A DNA stretch of 64,000 nt from Anaeromyxobacter sp. (GCA_049840735.1 JASGJN010000006.1:34079-98078); one strand, 5' to 3'. Shown: positions 31,415 through 41,383, counted from the first letter of the stretch. The notes: generated by a model from the letters alone, not told the origin. Program-made: numbers and translations.

Positions 31415-31507
31415 GAAGCGGAGGAGTGTGGCCCATCCCGGCCGCGCCGGGGCGCTTTTTTTTGGCCGGGCGGCCGGGATCCGTCCGCCCGGCCGCCACG
31501 GGGGCCG

Positions 31508-33421
31508 CTACTCCTCGAGCGTGGACACGTCGCCCTCCGGCAGGCCCAGCGCGCGCGCCTTGAGCACGCGGCGCATGATCTTCCCCGAGCGGGTCTTGGG
31601 CAGCGCCTCCACGAAGGTGACCTTCTCCGGCCGGACGATGGGGCCGAGGTGCGTGGCGACGTGGTTCCGGACCTCGTCCGCCAGGTCGTCCGATCCCTTG
31701 AAGCCCTGCCGCAGCAGGCAGTAGCAGTAGATGGCCTGTCCCTTCACCTCGTGCGGCAGGCCGATCACGGCCGCCTCGGCCACCGCCGGGTGGGACACCA
31801 GCGCGCTCTCGATCTCGGCCGTGCCGAGCCGGTAGCCCGACACCTTGATGACGTCGTCGGTCCGGCCGATGACCCAGAAGTACCCGTCGCGATCGCGCTT
31901 GGCCGAGTCTCCTGCCATGTAGCGGCCGGGGTACTTGGACCAGTACTGCTTCACCCAGCGTTCAGCGTCCTTGAAGATGGTGAGCGCCATGCCGGGCCAG
32001 GGGCGCTCCAGCACCAGGAAGCCCTCCTCGCCGTCCGGCACCGGCTTGCCGGCGTCGTCCACGATGCTGGCCGACTGGCCGAAGTAGGGGCGCGTCCCCG
32101 AGCCCGGCTTGAGCGGCACGCTGGGCGTGGGGGTGATCTGGAACATCCCGGTCTCGGTCTGCCACCAGGTGTCCATGATGGGACAGCGCCCCTTGCCGAT
32201 GACGCGGTGGTACCACCTCCAGGCCTCGGGGTTGATGGGCTCGCCCACCGAGCCGAGCAGCCGCAGCGTGGAGAGGTCGTGGCGGTTGGGCCAGGACTCG
32301 CCGAAGCGCATCAGGCCGCGGACGGCGGTGGGGGCGGTGTAGAGGATGGTGATGCCGTACTTCTCCACCAGCTGCCACCAGCGGTTCGGATACGGGTAGG
32401 TGGGCGCCCCCTCGTACATGAACGAGGTCGCGCCCATCAGCAGCGGGCCATAGACGATGTACGAGTGGCCGGTCACCCAGCCCGGATCCGCGGCGCACCA
32501 GTAGCGGTCGTCGTCGCGGACGTCGAAGACGTTCTTGAGCGTGGAGTAGATGCCGACCATGTAGCCGCCGTGGCCGTGCATCAGCGCCTTGGGCTTCCCG
32601 GTGGTGCCGGAGGTGTAGAGGATGTAGAGCGGGTCGGAGGGCTGCTCGGCGGTGCCGGTGCCCACGTCCAGCACCTCGGTGGCGCACTGGCCGCTGGCCA
32701 GCGGCAGCTTGACCAGCTCGTGGTACCAGTAGTCGCGCCCGGCCTCCATGCGGACCTCGTGGCCGGTGCGCTGCACCACGATCACCGTCTCCACCGTGGG
32801 GCAGCGGCGGACGGCGTCGTCGACGGTCTTCTTCAGCTCGACGATCTTGCCGTTCATGAAGCCGCCGTCGGCGGTGATGACCACGCGCGACTCGGAGTCG
32901 TCGATGCGCCCCTGCAGCGCGTCCACCGAGAAGCCGCCGTACACCACCGAGTGGACCGCGCCCAGCTTGGCGCAGGCCAGCATGGCGATGACGATCTCCG
33001 GGACGCGCGGCATGTAGATGGTGACCCGGTCGCCCTTCTTCACGCCCATGGCCTTCAGGACGTTGGCGAACTTGCAGGTCTCGCGGTTGAGCGCGAAGTA
33101 GGAGAAGGTCCGGACGTCGCCGTTCTCGCCCACCCAGACCAGCGCCAGCTTGTTCTTGCGCCAGGTCTTCTGGTGCCGGTCCAGGCAGTTGTGGACGATG
33201 TTTGTCTGGGCGCCCTTGAACCACTTGTAGAAGGGCTTCTCGCCGGCGTCGCAGACCTTGTCCCACTTCCGGTACCACTCCAGCTCGTCCGCCTCGCCCG
33301 CCCAGAAGGCGTCCGGGTCCTCCAGCGCGCGCCGGGCCACCTGGTCCCAGTCCTTGATGCGCGCCTGGGCGACGACCTCGGGGGACGGGTGGAAGACCTC
33401 GCCTTCCAGCTTCGCGGTCAT
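31508..33421 (-). CDS. acs: Acetyl-CoA synthetase
   Basis: YTSGTTGKPK, SVGEPINPEAW, DTWWQTETG, GRTDDVI, PKTRSGKIMRR. Confidence 0.96.
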   Translation of the reverse strand: MTAKLEGEVFHPSPEVVAQARIKDWDQVARRALEDPDAFWAGEADELEWYRKWDKVCDAGEKPFYKWFKGAQTNIVHNCLDRHQKTWRKNKLALVWVGENGDVRTFSYFALNRETCKFANVLKAMGVKKGDRVTIYMPRVPEIVIAMLACAKLGAVHSVVYGGFSVDALQGRIDDSESRVVITADGGFMNGKIVELKKTVDDAVRRCPTVETVIVVQRTGHEVRMEAGRDYWYHELVKLPLASGQCATEVLDVGTGTAEQPSDPLYILYTSGTTGKPKALMHGHGGYMVGIYSTLKNVFDVRDDDRYWCAADPGWVTGHSYIVYGPLLMGATSFMYEGAPTYPYPNRWWQLVEKYGITILYTAPTAVRGLMRFGESWPNRHDLSTLRLLGSVGEPINPEAWRWYHRVIGKGRCPIMDTWWQTETGMFQITPTPSVPLKPGSGTRPYFGQSASIVDDAGKPVPDGEEGFLVLERPWPGMALTIFKDAERWVKQYWSKYPGRYMAGDSAKRDRDGYFWVIGRTDDVIKVSGYRLGTAEIESALVSHPAVAEAAVIGLPHEVKGQAIYCYCLLRQGFKGSDDLADEVRNHVATHLGPIVRPEKVTFVEALPKTRSGKIMRRVLKARALGLPEGDVSTLEE

Positions 33422-33637
33422 GCGTGACCTCCTCGAAAGGTGGCGCCATCCGGGGGCCGGGATGACGGTGCGTGAATCGTGGCCTCGCGGGGGCCGGGGG
33501 CCAGTGAACATGTGCTTGAGGCCCGGCCGGAGCGCGGGCCCGGGTGGGGCGGGCTGCGCGTTTCCGTACCACCGGGTCACGCCGCGGCGCGTCGTAGCGG
33601 TCTCGACCAGGGCCGGGCCGGCGGTTATCCTCGCCGC

Positions 33638-34594
33638 GTGATCATCCCCGGGCCCATCCGCCGTGGCGACGTCGTCCGCGTCATCGCCCCCTCCAGCCCG
33701 TTCGATCCCGTCTTCCTGGCCCGCGGCCTCGAGGTGCTGCAGGGGCGGCTCGGCCTCCAGGTGCGCCACCGGATCGACCTGGACGCGCGCGACCACTTCC
33801 TGGCCGGCGACGACGCCCGCAGGCTGGAGGAGTGGCGCGAGGCGGTGGCCGACCCGGACGCGCGGGCCATCTTCTGCGCGCGCGGTGGCTACGGCGCCAG
33901 CCGGCTCCTGCCGGAGCTCGACCCGGCGGCGCTGGTGGCAAGGCCCAAGCTGCTGGTCGGGTTCTCCGACATCACCGTCCTGCACGCGCTGCTCAACCGG
34001 GCGGGGCTGGCCACCATCCACGGGCCGGTGCTGACGCAGCTGGGGCGCGCGCCGGAGGAGGCGGTGGCCCACCTGGAGCGGCTGCTGGCGGGCGACGCGC
34101 CGCCGCCCGGGCCGGGGACGCCGCCGCCCGGCGCCGGGCTGGCGGGGACGGCCACGGTCGTGGCCGGGCGGGCCACCGGGCCGCTGCTGGGGGGCTCGCT
34201 CACGCTCCTCGCGCACCTGTGCGGCACGCCCTGGTTCCCGCCGCTGGCCGGCGCCATCCTCCTCGTCGAGGACGTGGACGAGAAGCCCTACCGCGTGGAC
34301 CGCTACCTGACCCAGCTCCGGCTGGCCGGGGTGCTGCGCGGCCTGGCCGGCGTGGCGCTGGGGCAGTTCACCGGCTGTGACGCACCGGGGCTGCGCGGGG
34401 TGGAGGTGGCGCGGCGGTTCGCGGCCGGGCTGGGCGTGCCGGTGATCGAGGGGCTCCCCAGCGGCCACGAGGACGCCAACTTCGCCGTCCCGCTGGGCGC
34501 CCCGGTCACGCTGGTGGCGCCGGCGCCGGGCGAGGAGGGGCCGCCGCGGCTGCTCTTCGACGGCTGGCTGGGGCGGGGAGGCCCCTGGGCGTGA
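33638..34594 (+). CDS. ldcA: LD-carboxypeptidase (peptidase S66)
   Basis: ARGGYGA, GFSDIT, EDVDEKPYRVDRYL, SGH. Confidence 0.92.
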   Translation: MIIPGPIRRGDVVRVIAPSSPFDPVFLARGLEVLQGRLGLQVRHRIDLDARDHFLAGDDARRLEEWREAVADPDARAIFCARGGYGASRLLPELDPAALVARPKLLVGFSDITVLHALLNRAGLATIHGPVLTQLGRAPEEAVAHLERLLAGDAPPPGPGTPPPGAGLAGTATVVAGRATGPLLGGSLTLLAHLCGTPWFPPLAGAILLVEDVDEKPYRVDRYLTQLRLAGVLRGLAGVALGQFTGCDAPGLRGVEVARRFAAGLGVPVIEGLPSGHEDANFAVPLGAPVTLVAPAPGEEGPPRLLFDGWLGRGGPWA

Positions 34595-35781
34595 GCGGGC
34601 CGACGCTGCCGGCCGTGCTGGGCATCCTGGAGGCAGGGCGCCGGGAGGGGATCGCCCCGGCGCTCTCGGCGGTGGTGCTGCGGCGTGGCCAGCCGCTCCA
34701 CGCCAGCTGCCACGGGGAGCTCACGCCGCCGCCGGTGGCGCGGCCGCTGCAACGCGACGACCTCTTCGACGTGGCCTCGCTGACCAAGGTGCTGGTCACC
34801 ACCACGCTCTCGGCCCAGCTGGTCGAGGAGGGGCGGCTGGCGCTGGACGCGCCGGTGGCGGCGCGGCTGCCCGGGTTCGAGGCCGGCGGCAAGGGCGCCG
34901 TCACCGCCCGCCACCTGCTGGCCCACGCGAGCGGCCTGCCCGCCTGGCGCAGGTACTTCGATCAGGTGGCGGCCGACCCGGCAGCGGCTCTCCTGTTCGC
35001 CGCCCCGCTGGCCCGCCCGCCCTTCGCCGCGCTGGGGCCCGCCTTCGCGCGCGGGCGGGCGCTGGTGCGGCAGGCCATCCTGGCCGAGCCGCTGGAGGCG
35101 CCGCCGGGGTCGCGGGCGCTCTACTGCGACCCGGGCTTCATCGCGCTGGGGTTCCTGCTGGAGGCGCTGGGCGGGGCGCCGCTGCCGGCGCTGGCCCAGG
35201 CGCGCATCTTCGGGCCGCTGGGGCTCGGGGCCACGCTCTTCCTGGACGGCCTGGACGCCCCGGCCAGCGCGGCCCGCGCCGCGGGGCGGACCTTCGTCCC
35301 CACCGGCCGCTCGGCGGCGCGGCAGGAGACGCTGCGGGGCACGGTCCACGACGACAACTGCTGGGCGCTGGGCGGCGCCGCCGGCCACGCCGGCCTCTTC
35401 TCCACCGCCGCCGAGGTGGCCGCGGTGGGGGAGGCCTGGCGGGTGGCGCTGGACGGCGGGCGGTCCATCGTCCCGGCCGCGGCGGCGGCCGCCTTCGCCC
35501 GGCGCGACAGCGCCACCCCCGGCAGCGAGCGCGCGCTGGGGTGGGACACGCCCAGTCCGTCCGGGTCCTCGCTGGGCGGTCGACTGGGGCGGGGACCGCG
35601 CGGGGCCATCGGGCACCTCGGCTACACCGGGACCTCGCTGTGGGTCGACCTCGACGCGGGGCTGGTCTGCGCCCTCCTCACCGACCACACGCACCCCGGG
35701 GGCGTGGCCGACAGGCCGCGAATCCGCGCCTTCCGGCAGCGGTTCCACGACGCGGTGGCGGCGGACCTGGGGATCGGGTAA
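34591..35781 (+). CDS. Serine hydrolase, beta-lactamase class C / PBP-like family
   Basis: FDVASLTK, LLAHASGL, YCDPGF, VHDDN, AGHAGLF, GHLGYTGT. Confidence 0.9.
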   Translation: MSGPTLPAVLGILEAGRREGIAPALSAVVLRRGQPLHASCHGELTPPPVARPLQRDDLFDVASLTKVLVTTTLSAQLVEEGRLALDAPVAARLPGFEAGGKGAVTARHLLAHASGLPAWRRYFDQVAADPAAALLFAAPLARPPFAALGPAFARGRALVRQAILAEPLEAPPGSRALYCDPGFIALGFLLEALGGAPLPALAQARIFGPLGLGATLFLDGLDAPASAARAAGRTFVPTGRSAARQETLRGTVHDDNCWALGGAAGHAGLFSTAAEVAAVGEAWRVALDGGRSIVPAAAAAAFARRDSATPGSERALGWDTPSPSGSSLGGRLGRGPRGAIGHLGYTGTSLWVDLDAGLVCALLTDHTHPGGVADRPRIRAFRQRFHDAVAADLGIG

Positions 35782-35806
35782 GCCGGCTCGGAGCGAGGAC
35801 GACCAC

Positions 35807-37231
35807 GTGATCGACTGGAAGCAGGTGAAGCGGATCCACCTCATCGGCGTGGCCGGGACGGGCATGGGCTCGTTCGCCGGCATGCTGAAGGCGGCGGGCT
35901 TCGAGGTGACGGGCTCGGACGAGAACGTCTACCCGCCCATGTCCACCCAGCTCGAGCGCTGGGGCATCGAGGTCCTCACGCCCTACGCTGCGGGGAACCT
36001 CGACCGGGCGCGCCCGCACCTCGTGGTGGTGGGGAACGTGGTCCGGGCGGTGAACCCCGAGGCCACCGCCATGCGGGAGCGGAGCCTCCCCCACGTCTCC
36101 TTCCCGGCCGCGCTGGGCGAGCTCTTCATCGGGCCGCGCCACGGCGTGGTGGTGGTGGGCACGCACGGCAAGACCACCACCTCCGCCATGATGGGCGCGC
36201 TGCTGCACCACGCCGGCCGGGACCCGTCCTTCCTGGTGGGCGGCGTGACGCGCGACTTCGAGTCCAACTACCGCCTGGGCGCCGGGCCGCACTTCGTGGT
36301 GGAGGGGGACGAGTACGACACGGCCTACTTCGACAAGGGGCCCAAGTTCCTCCACTACCGGCCGCGCACCGCCATCTTCACCAGCTGCGAGCTGGACCAC
36401 GCCGACATCTACCGCGACGAGGCGCACTACGAGAGCGCCTTCGAGAAGTTCGTGGACCTGCTGCCGGCGGACGGCTTCCTGGCCGCCTGCGCCAGCTACG
36501 ACGCCGTGAAGCGGATCGCCGCCCGGGCCCGCTGCCGCATCGAGACCTACGCCGTGGACCGCCCCGGCGCCGACTGGGAGGCCCGCGGCCTCTCGCTGGG
36601 GCGGGACGGCGCCCGCTTCACGCTGGTCCGGCGCGGCGAGCCGCTGGGCGAGGTGCACCTGCCGGTGGGCGGCGCGCACAACGTCGAGAACGCGCTGGGC
36701 GTGGCCGCCGCGGCCACCGCGCTGGGGCTCTCGCCGGCCGAGATCGCCGCCGGCCTGGCCGCCTTCCGCGGCGTGAAGCGCCGGCAGGAGGTGCGCGGGA
36801 CCGCCGGCGGCGTGACCGTGGTGGACGACTTCGCCCACCACCCGCGGGCCGTGCAGAAGACCCTGGCCGCCGTGCAGGGCAGCTACCCCGGGGCGCGGAT
36901 CCTGGCCGCCTTCGAGCCCCGCTCCAACACCAGCCGGCGCAACCTGCACCAGCACGAGTACGCCACCCCGGAGAACTGGGCCGACGCCGCCGAGGTCTTC
37001 ATCCTGCGCCCCGCGCCCACCGCCAGCGTCCCCGAGGCCGAGCGGCTGGACGTGGATCGCCTGGTGGCCGAGCTGTCCGCGGCCGGCAAGCCGGCGCGGG
37101 CGTTCCCGAGCGTGGACGAGCTGTTGCCGGCCCTCCGCAGCGCCGCCCGGCCGGGCGACGTGGTGGTGGCCATGTCCAACGGCGCCTTCGGCGGGATCTG
37201 GGGGAAGCTGCTGGAGGCGTTGAAGGGGTAG
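35807..37231 (+). CDS. mpl: UDP-MurNAc:L-Ala-gamma-D-Glu-mDAP ligase (murein peptide ligase)
   Basis: GSDENVYPPMS, GTHGKTTTS, EGDEYDTAYFDK, DHADIY, DDFAHHP, FEPRSNT, MSNGAFGG. Confidence 0.93.
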   Translation: MIDWKQVKRIHLIGVAGTGMGSFAGMLKAAGFEVTGSDENVYPPMSTQLERWGIEVLTPYAAGNLDRARPHLVVVGNVVRAVNPEATAMRERSLPHVSFPAALGELFIGPRHGVVVVGTHGKTTTSAMMGALLHHAGRDPSFLVGGVTRDFESNYRLGAGPHFVVEGDEYDTAYFDKGPKFLHYRPRTAIFTSCELDHADIYRDEAHYESAFEKFVDLLPADGFLAACASYDAVKRIAARARCRIETYAVDRPGADWEARGLSLGRDGARFTLVRRGEPLGEVHLPVGGAHNVENALGVAAAATALGLSPAEIAAGLAAFRGVKRRQEVRGTAGGVTVVDDFAHHPRAVQKTLAAVQGSYPGARILAAFEPRSNTSRRNLHQHEYATPENWADAAEVFILRPAPTASVPEAERLDVDRLVAELSAAGKPARAFPSVDELLPALRSAARPGDVVVAMSNGAFGGIWGKLLEALKG

Positions 37232-37309
37232 TGCGCGCGCACCGGTTCGGTCAGCAGGCAAGGTGGACCCCGACCTGAGCGCTCCCCGCCACATGGAGAC
37301 AGCCCGCCA

Positions 37310-38143
37310 GTGAGCACCGTCGATGCGCAGTGGGTCGAGCGCTACCTCGCGCTCGTCGGCCTTCCCCGCGAGGCGCCCAGCGTGGACGCGCTGGCGCGGC
37401 TCATCCGCGGCCACCTCTCGATGGTGCCGTTCGAGAACTCCGGCTCGCTCCTGCGCCGGCTGGCGGCGGGGGAGGGGCCGGTGGCGCCGCTCGACCCGGA
37501 GGTCCTGCTGGCGGCCTGGGAGGCGCGCAGCGCGGGCGGGGTCTGCTTCGAGCACACCTCCATGTTCGAGCGGCTGCTCGGCGCGCTGGGCTATCCCTAC
37601 GTCGCCATCGCCGGGGAGATCTCCTTCCCGGGCTCGCACCAGGCCCTGCTGGTGGACGCGGGCGGCGCGCGCTGGCTGGTGGACGTGGGCAACGGCGCGC
37701 CGTTCTTCGAGCCCATCCCGCTGGATGGTCCCTTCGAGATCCACCGCGCCGGGCTGGGCTACCGGTTCCGGGCCGCGGAGGACGGCTCGGGCTGGGTCCA
37801 GGAGCGGGCGCTGGAGGGGGGCTGGAAGCCCTACTGCCGCTACCCGTTCCGGCCGCAGGAGCCGGGGGGACGCGAGCAGGCCTACCAGCGCCACCACCGC
37901 CCGCGCGAGACCTGGGTGACCAGCACCATGGTGGCCATCCGCAGCCGCGAGGACGAGGTGCTGGTGGTCCGCGACGGGGACCAGACCCGCTACACCGCCG
38001 GCGGCAAGGTCACCGAGCGCGTGGACGACGCGGCGGGCTGGGCGCGGCTGCCGGGGCTGCTCGGCCTGCCGGCGCTGCCGCTCGTCGCCGTGGCGCGTGC
38101 CTGGGCCAGCATCAACGGCCGGGACCTGCCGCCCGGGCTGTGA
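37310..38143 (+). CDS. Arylamine N-acetyltransferase family protein
   Basis: VPFEN; catalytic triad GGVCFE (Cys), SHQAL (His), VDVG (Asp). Confidence 0.88.
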   Translation: MSTVDAQWVERYLALVGLPREAPSVDALARLIRGHLSMVPFENSGSLLRRLAAGEGPVAPLDPEVLLAAWEARSAGGVCFEHTSMFERLLGALGYPYVAIAGEISFPGSHQALLVDAGGARWLVDVGNGAPFFEPIPLDGPFEIHRAGLGYRFRAAEDGSGWVQERALEGGWKPYCRYPFRPQEPGGREQAYQRHHRPRETWVTSTMVAIRSREDEVLVVRDGDQTRYTAGGKVTERVDDAAGWARLPGLLGLPALPLVAVARAWASINGRDLPPGL

Positions 38144-38154
38144 GGGGCGGCCCG

Positions 38155-38940
38155 CTACTTCATCCCCGCCAGCACGTTCGCGATCAGCGCGTCCAGGTCG
38201 TCCACGCGGATCAGGCCGATGCGCGGGAACTCGAGGTCGAGGATCACGTACACCGCCGTCGCGACGGCGGCGACGAACACCGCGGCGTGCAGGCGCGAGA
38301 GCCCATGGCTTCCGGCGGCCAGGTGTCCGGCCAGCAGCGCCGCCGCCAGCGCCAGCCCGAACAGCATCACGAAGACGATCAGCGGCTGGTGCATCTGCGT
38401 CGCGGCCATCCGCGTGGACGCGATGTCGAACATCTCGTTGAGCGCGGGGGTCAGGAGCTGCAGGGGGGCGGGGGAGGGCTGCTGCTTCGCCGCGGAGATC
38501 CCCTTGGCCCAGATCTCCGACTGTAGCGCGCAGCTGCGCTGGTACCCGGCCCGGGCGGCCTCGAGGTCGGGCAGCACCGCGTAGGTGTCGAGCCGCGACT
38601 GCGTGTAGCGGCGGAACAGCTCCCGCAGCTCAGGCTGCGCCTCGGCGGGGAGCAGGTCGATCCTGAGATAGGCCGTGCCGATGGCGTTCGACTCCTCGAC
38701 GATGAGCTGCCGCCGGGTGTCGTAGCGCGAGCTGGCGCTCGAGAACGTGAACGCGAGCAAGAGCCCCAGCAGCGCGAAGACCACGCCGTCCAGCGCGCCG
38801 GTCCCGCCGCCGTCGCCCGCTCCGCCCGCGGCGATCCGCGCCGCGCGCGCGCGCCCGAGCCGCCGTCCCAGGAGGAACGAGGCCGCCATGCCGCCCATCA
38901 GTCCAGTCGTCAGCAGGAACCCGATGACCATGTAGACCAT
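38155..38940 (-). CDS. Membrane protein (DUF4239/bestrophin-like)
   Basis: LLGLLLAFTFS, RRQLIVEESNAIGTAYLR, ILDLEFPRIGLIRV. Confidence 0.8.
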   Translation of the reverse strand: MVYMVIGFLLTTGLMGGMAASFLLGRRLGRARAARIAAGGAGDGGGTGALDGVVFALLGLLLAFTFSSASSRYDTRRQLIVEESNAIGTAYLRIDLLPAEAQPELRELFRRYTQSRLDTYAVLPDLEAARAGYQRSCALQSEIWAKGISAAKQQPSPAPLQLLTPALNEMFDIASTRMAATQMHQPLIVFVMLFGLALAAALLAGHLAAGSHGLSRLHAAVFVAAVATAVYVILDLEFPRIGLIRVDDLDALIANVLAGMK

Positions 38941-39012
38941 TTGACCATATTCGCACGCCGTCGCCCGCAGAGGCCCTCGGACGGCGTGCGGTCGAGGCCT
39001 GCGGCCGGCCCG

Positions 39013-41124
39013 TCACACCGGGCCGGGCGGCTCCCGGGGCGCCTCGACCGCGCCCAGCGGGGGCGGTGCGGCCGCGGCGCGGCGGCGCCGCCCGCCCAGC
39101 AGCCAGGAGCCGGCCAGGGACGCGCACACGCCGAGCACCACGCCGGTGGCGATCCAGCCCGCGGGGCCGGTGCTCGACCCCGGGTGCTCACGCTTGGCGG
39201 CCGGGCGCGGCGAGAGCGGCGGGCTCACCACCGAGAGCGGGACGTTGAAGCCGGCCAGGTCCTGCATCTCCTTGAGCCGGTCGAGGTGCCGGGTCACCTG
39301 GCCGGCCGGGACGGTGTCGCCCAGCGAGCGGTAGTCGTAGGTCACCACCAGCGCGTGGCCGTCCACGCGCGCGTGGCGCTCCAGCCGGGCCGCCGGGCCG
39401 ACGACCCGCTCGTCGTTCCCCTCGATGTCCGGCTCGCCGGGCAGCTCGATGCGCAGCTCCTCGTGCACCTCCACCGGGTGGCGCACGCCCAGCGGGAACT
39501 TGCGCAGGACGCGCTCCGGCGCCTGCAGCTCGGCGTGGACCGCGTCGGCGGAGAAGTCGCGCTTCTCGCCCTTGCGGACCGGCGGCAGCACGTAGCGCTC
39601 GGTCAGGGTGATCCGGTCGGCGTCGGGCGCGTCGGCCACCTCCATCGGCCGCGCCACCTCCAGGCCGGGCAGGTCGCGGACGTAGTGGTCGAGGTACTCC
39701 TTCTGCAGGTCGTCCACCCGCGACTCGGCCAGCGTGTGGCGCATGGCCACCGCCCGGCTGCCCTCCAGCGTGGTCACCACCTCCAGCGAGCCCGGCGCGG
39801 AGAAGCGCGGGATCCGGTAGGTGGTCTTCGCGGTCACGCGGGCGGGGCGCGGGTCGGGCATGGCGGTGAGCGCGGTCTCGCCCCGGCGCACCAGCAGCGC
39901 GCGCCGGAAGCGCGGCGGCGCCAGCTCGGTGATGAGCCCGCGCTCCAGCGAGCGCGTGGGATCGACCCAGACCGGCTTGCCGTCCACCACCGCCCGGACG
40001 ATGACGTGGTCGAAGAGGCCGGGCGAGGGCAGGTGGCGATCGGCGCCGGTGCCCAGCCCGGTGTTGACCAGCGCGGGCGCCGCCTCGATGCCCAGCGCCG
40101 TGAGCAGCGTCACCAGCAGCAGCGACTTGTCCTTGCAGTCGCCGAAGCGCCGCTCGAAGACCTCGCCCGGCGGGTGCGGGCGGTGCGAGCTCATCCCCAC
40201 CTCGAACCCCAGGTAGCGGACGTCGTCCTGGACGAAGCGGAGCGCGGCGCCGGCCCGCGCCACCGGGTCGGGCAGGGCGCGCCAGGCGCGCAGCCGCTCC
40301 TCCATGGCCGGGGTGGGCGGGGCGTGGGCGTAGAGCGGGAGCGCCCAGGCCACCACGTCCGCCCAGCGCTCGAAGCCGGACAGCTCCAGCGACGGGAAGG
40401 GGTCGACGCCGGCCGGCAGGTCGCCCTCGTCCTCGATCCCCGGCGCGTGATCGATCGTCCAGCGCAGCTCGGTGGTGCCGTCGCCCAGCGGGCGCTGCTG
40501 CGGGGTCAGGGAGAGGCCCTCCGCGCGGTGCCGCAGCGGCTTGCCGTCCGGCCACAGCATCCGGACCGAGATGCGGCCCACCGGCGTCTCCCAGCCCAGG
40601 TCGTAGCCGCCCAGGAAGCGGCCCTCGAAGACCGGGTTCTGGCCGCGGACGGTGTAGGCGTACTCGACCAGGTCGCCGGGCCGCACGTCCGGCACCACCA
40701 CCATGGCGGTGAGGGTGCCGTCGAAGAGGCGCCGCTCCAGCTCCTGCTCGCGCTGCATCACGCGGACGTCGCGCGCGCGCAGCGCCTGGCGCCGCTGGCC
40801 GTCGCGGATGACCCACACGCCGTGCAGGACCAGCCGCTCGTAGGCCGGGTCGAAGCTGGTGCTCACCTCGGAGGCGTTCTCGACGCCGCTGGGCGAGAGG
40901 ACGCGCATGACCAGGTGGCGGTAGCGCTCCACCGGGCCGGTGGCGTTCACCTGCTCATCCACCAGCAGGTAGTCCACGCCGCCGGCGAGGTCGGCGGGCG
41001 GCGCGGCCGCCAGGTCGGCGCGCTCCGGGATCACCCAGGCCGGCGCCGGGCCGACGTCGAAGGGCGCGCCGAGGGCCAGGGCGGGCGCGGCCAGCAGGGC
41101 GAGCAGGACCGGGGTCGGGCGCAT
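39013..41124 (-). CDS. Exported DUF3857 + transglutaminase-like protein with a C-terminal TM anchor
   Basis: Signal peptide, DVRPGDLVEYAY, catalytic GDCKDKS / FDHVI / VDPT. Confidence 0.88.
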   Translation of the reverse strand: MRPTPVLLALLAAPALALGAPFDVGPAPAWVIPERADLAAAPPADLAGGVDYLLVDEQVNATGPVERYRHLVMRVLSPSGVENASEVSTSFDPAYERLVLHGVWVIRDGQRRQALRARDVRVMQREQELERRLFDGTLTAMVVVPDVRPGDLVEYAYTVRGQNPVFEGRFLGGYDLGWETPVGRISVRMLWPDGKPLRHRAEGLSLTPQQRPLGDGTTELRWTIDHAPGIEDEGDLPAGVDPFPSLELSGFERWADVVAWALPLYAHAPPTPAMEERLRAWRALPDPVARAGAALRFVQDDVRYLGFEVGMSSHRPHPPGEVFERRFGDCKDKSLLLVTLLTALGIEAAPALVNTGLGTGADRHLPSPGLFDHVIVRAVVDGKPVWVDPTRSLERGLITELAPPRFRRALLVRRGETALTAMPDPRPARVTAKTTYRIPRFSAPGSLEVVTTLEGSRAVAMRHTLAESRVDDLQKEYLDHYVRDLPGLEVARPMEVADAPDADRITLTERYVLPPVRKGEKRDFSADAVHAELQAPERVLRKFPLGVRHPVEVHEELRIELPGEPDIEGNDERVVGPAARLERHARVDGHALVVTYDYRSLGDTVPAGQVTRHLDRLKEMQDLAGFNVPLSVVSPPLSPRPAAKREHPGSSTGPAGWIATGVVLGVCASLAGSWLLGGRRRRAAAAPPPLGAVEAPREPPGPV

Positions 41125-41224
41125 CGGCCGCCCAGTGTAGACCGGGGCCGGGCGCGAGGGACCGTGGGAGGGCGCGGCACCGCGCCGCCGCAGGTGGGTG
41201 CGGGTGGGCGGCGGAAGGATCCCT

Positions 41225-41273
41225 GGGGTTCGACTCCGCGAGCCTGGCGGCTCGCTACGCTCACCCCGAACGG
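41225..41273 (-). repeat. REP-like intergenic stem-loop element, copy 2
   Basis: Reverse complement reads CCGTTCGGGGTGAGCGTAGCGAGCCGCCAGGCTCGCGGAGTCGAACCCC, matching 13969-14018. Confidence 0.75.
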
Positions 41274-41280
41274 AGGCGGC

Positions 41281-41340
41281 GACCTGAGCCCTGAGCCCTG
41301 AGGCCTGAGCCCTGAGGCCTGAGCCCTGAGGCCTCAGGTC
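41281..41340. repeat. Heptamer tandem array (CCTGAG[C/G]) x7 plus a final CCTCAGG unit
   Basis: Read directly at 41283-41338; bounded by the inverted pair GACCTGAG / CTCAGGTC. Confidence 0.9.
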
Positions 41341-41347
41341 CGAGGCC

Positions 41348-41383
41348 AAAGCAGAAGGCCCGGGCAGCATCGCCCGGGCCTTC
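41348..41383 (-). terminator. Probable intrinsic terminator of the porin-cytochrome operon
   Basis: Perfect 12-bp stem GAAGGCCCGGGC, 6-nt loop, then TGCTTT on the minus strand, 24 nt after the cytochrome stop. Confidence 0.7.

Noticed and set aside
31437..31463. Hairpin plus T7 tract as the acs terminator
   Set aside because: The T tract is on the plus strand while both flanking genes are on the minus strand, so the orientation is wrong
34591..35781. Antibiotic-resistance beta-lactamase
   Set aside because: It has no signal peptide, a non-canonical YxN motif, and sits in a housekeeping recycling operon
41281..41340. CRISPR array
   Set aside because: These are contiguous 7-bp units with no spacers, and there are no cas genes
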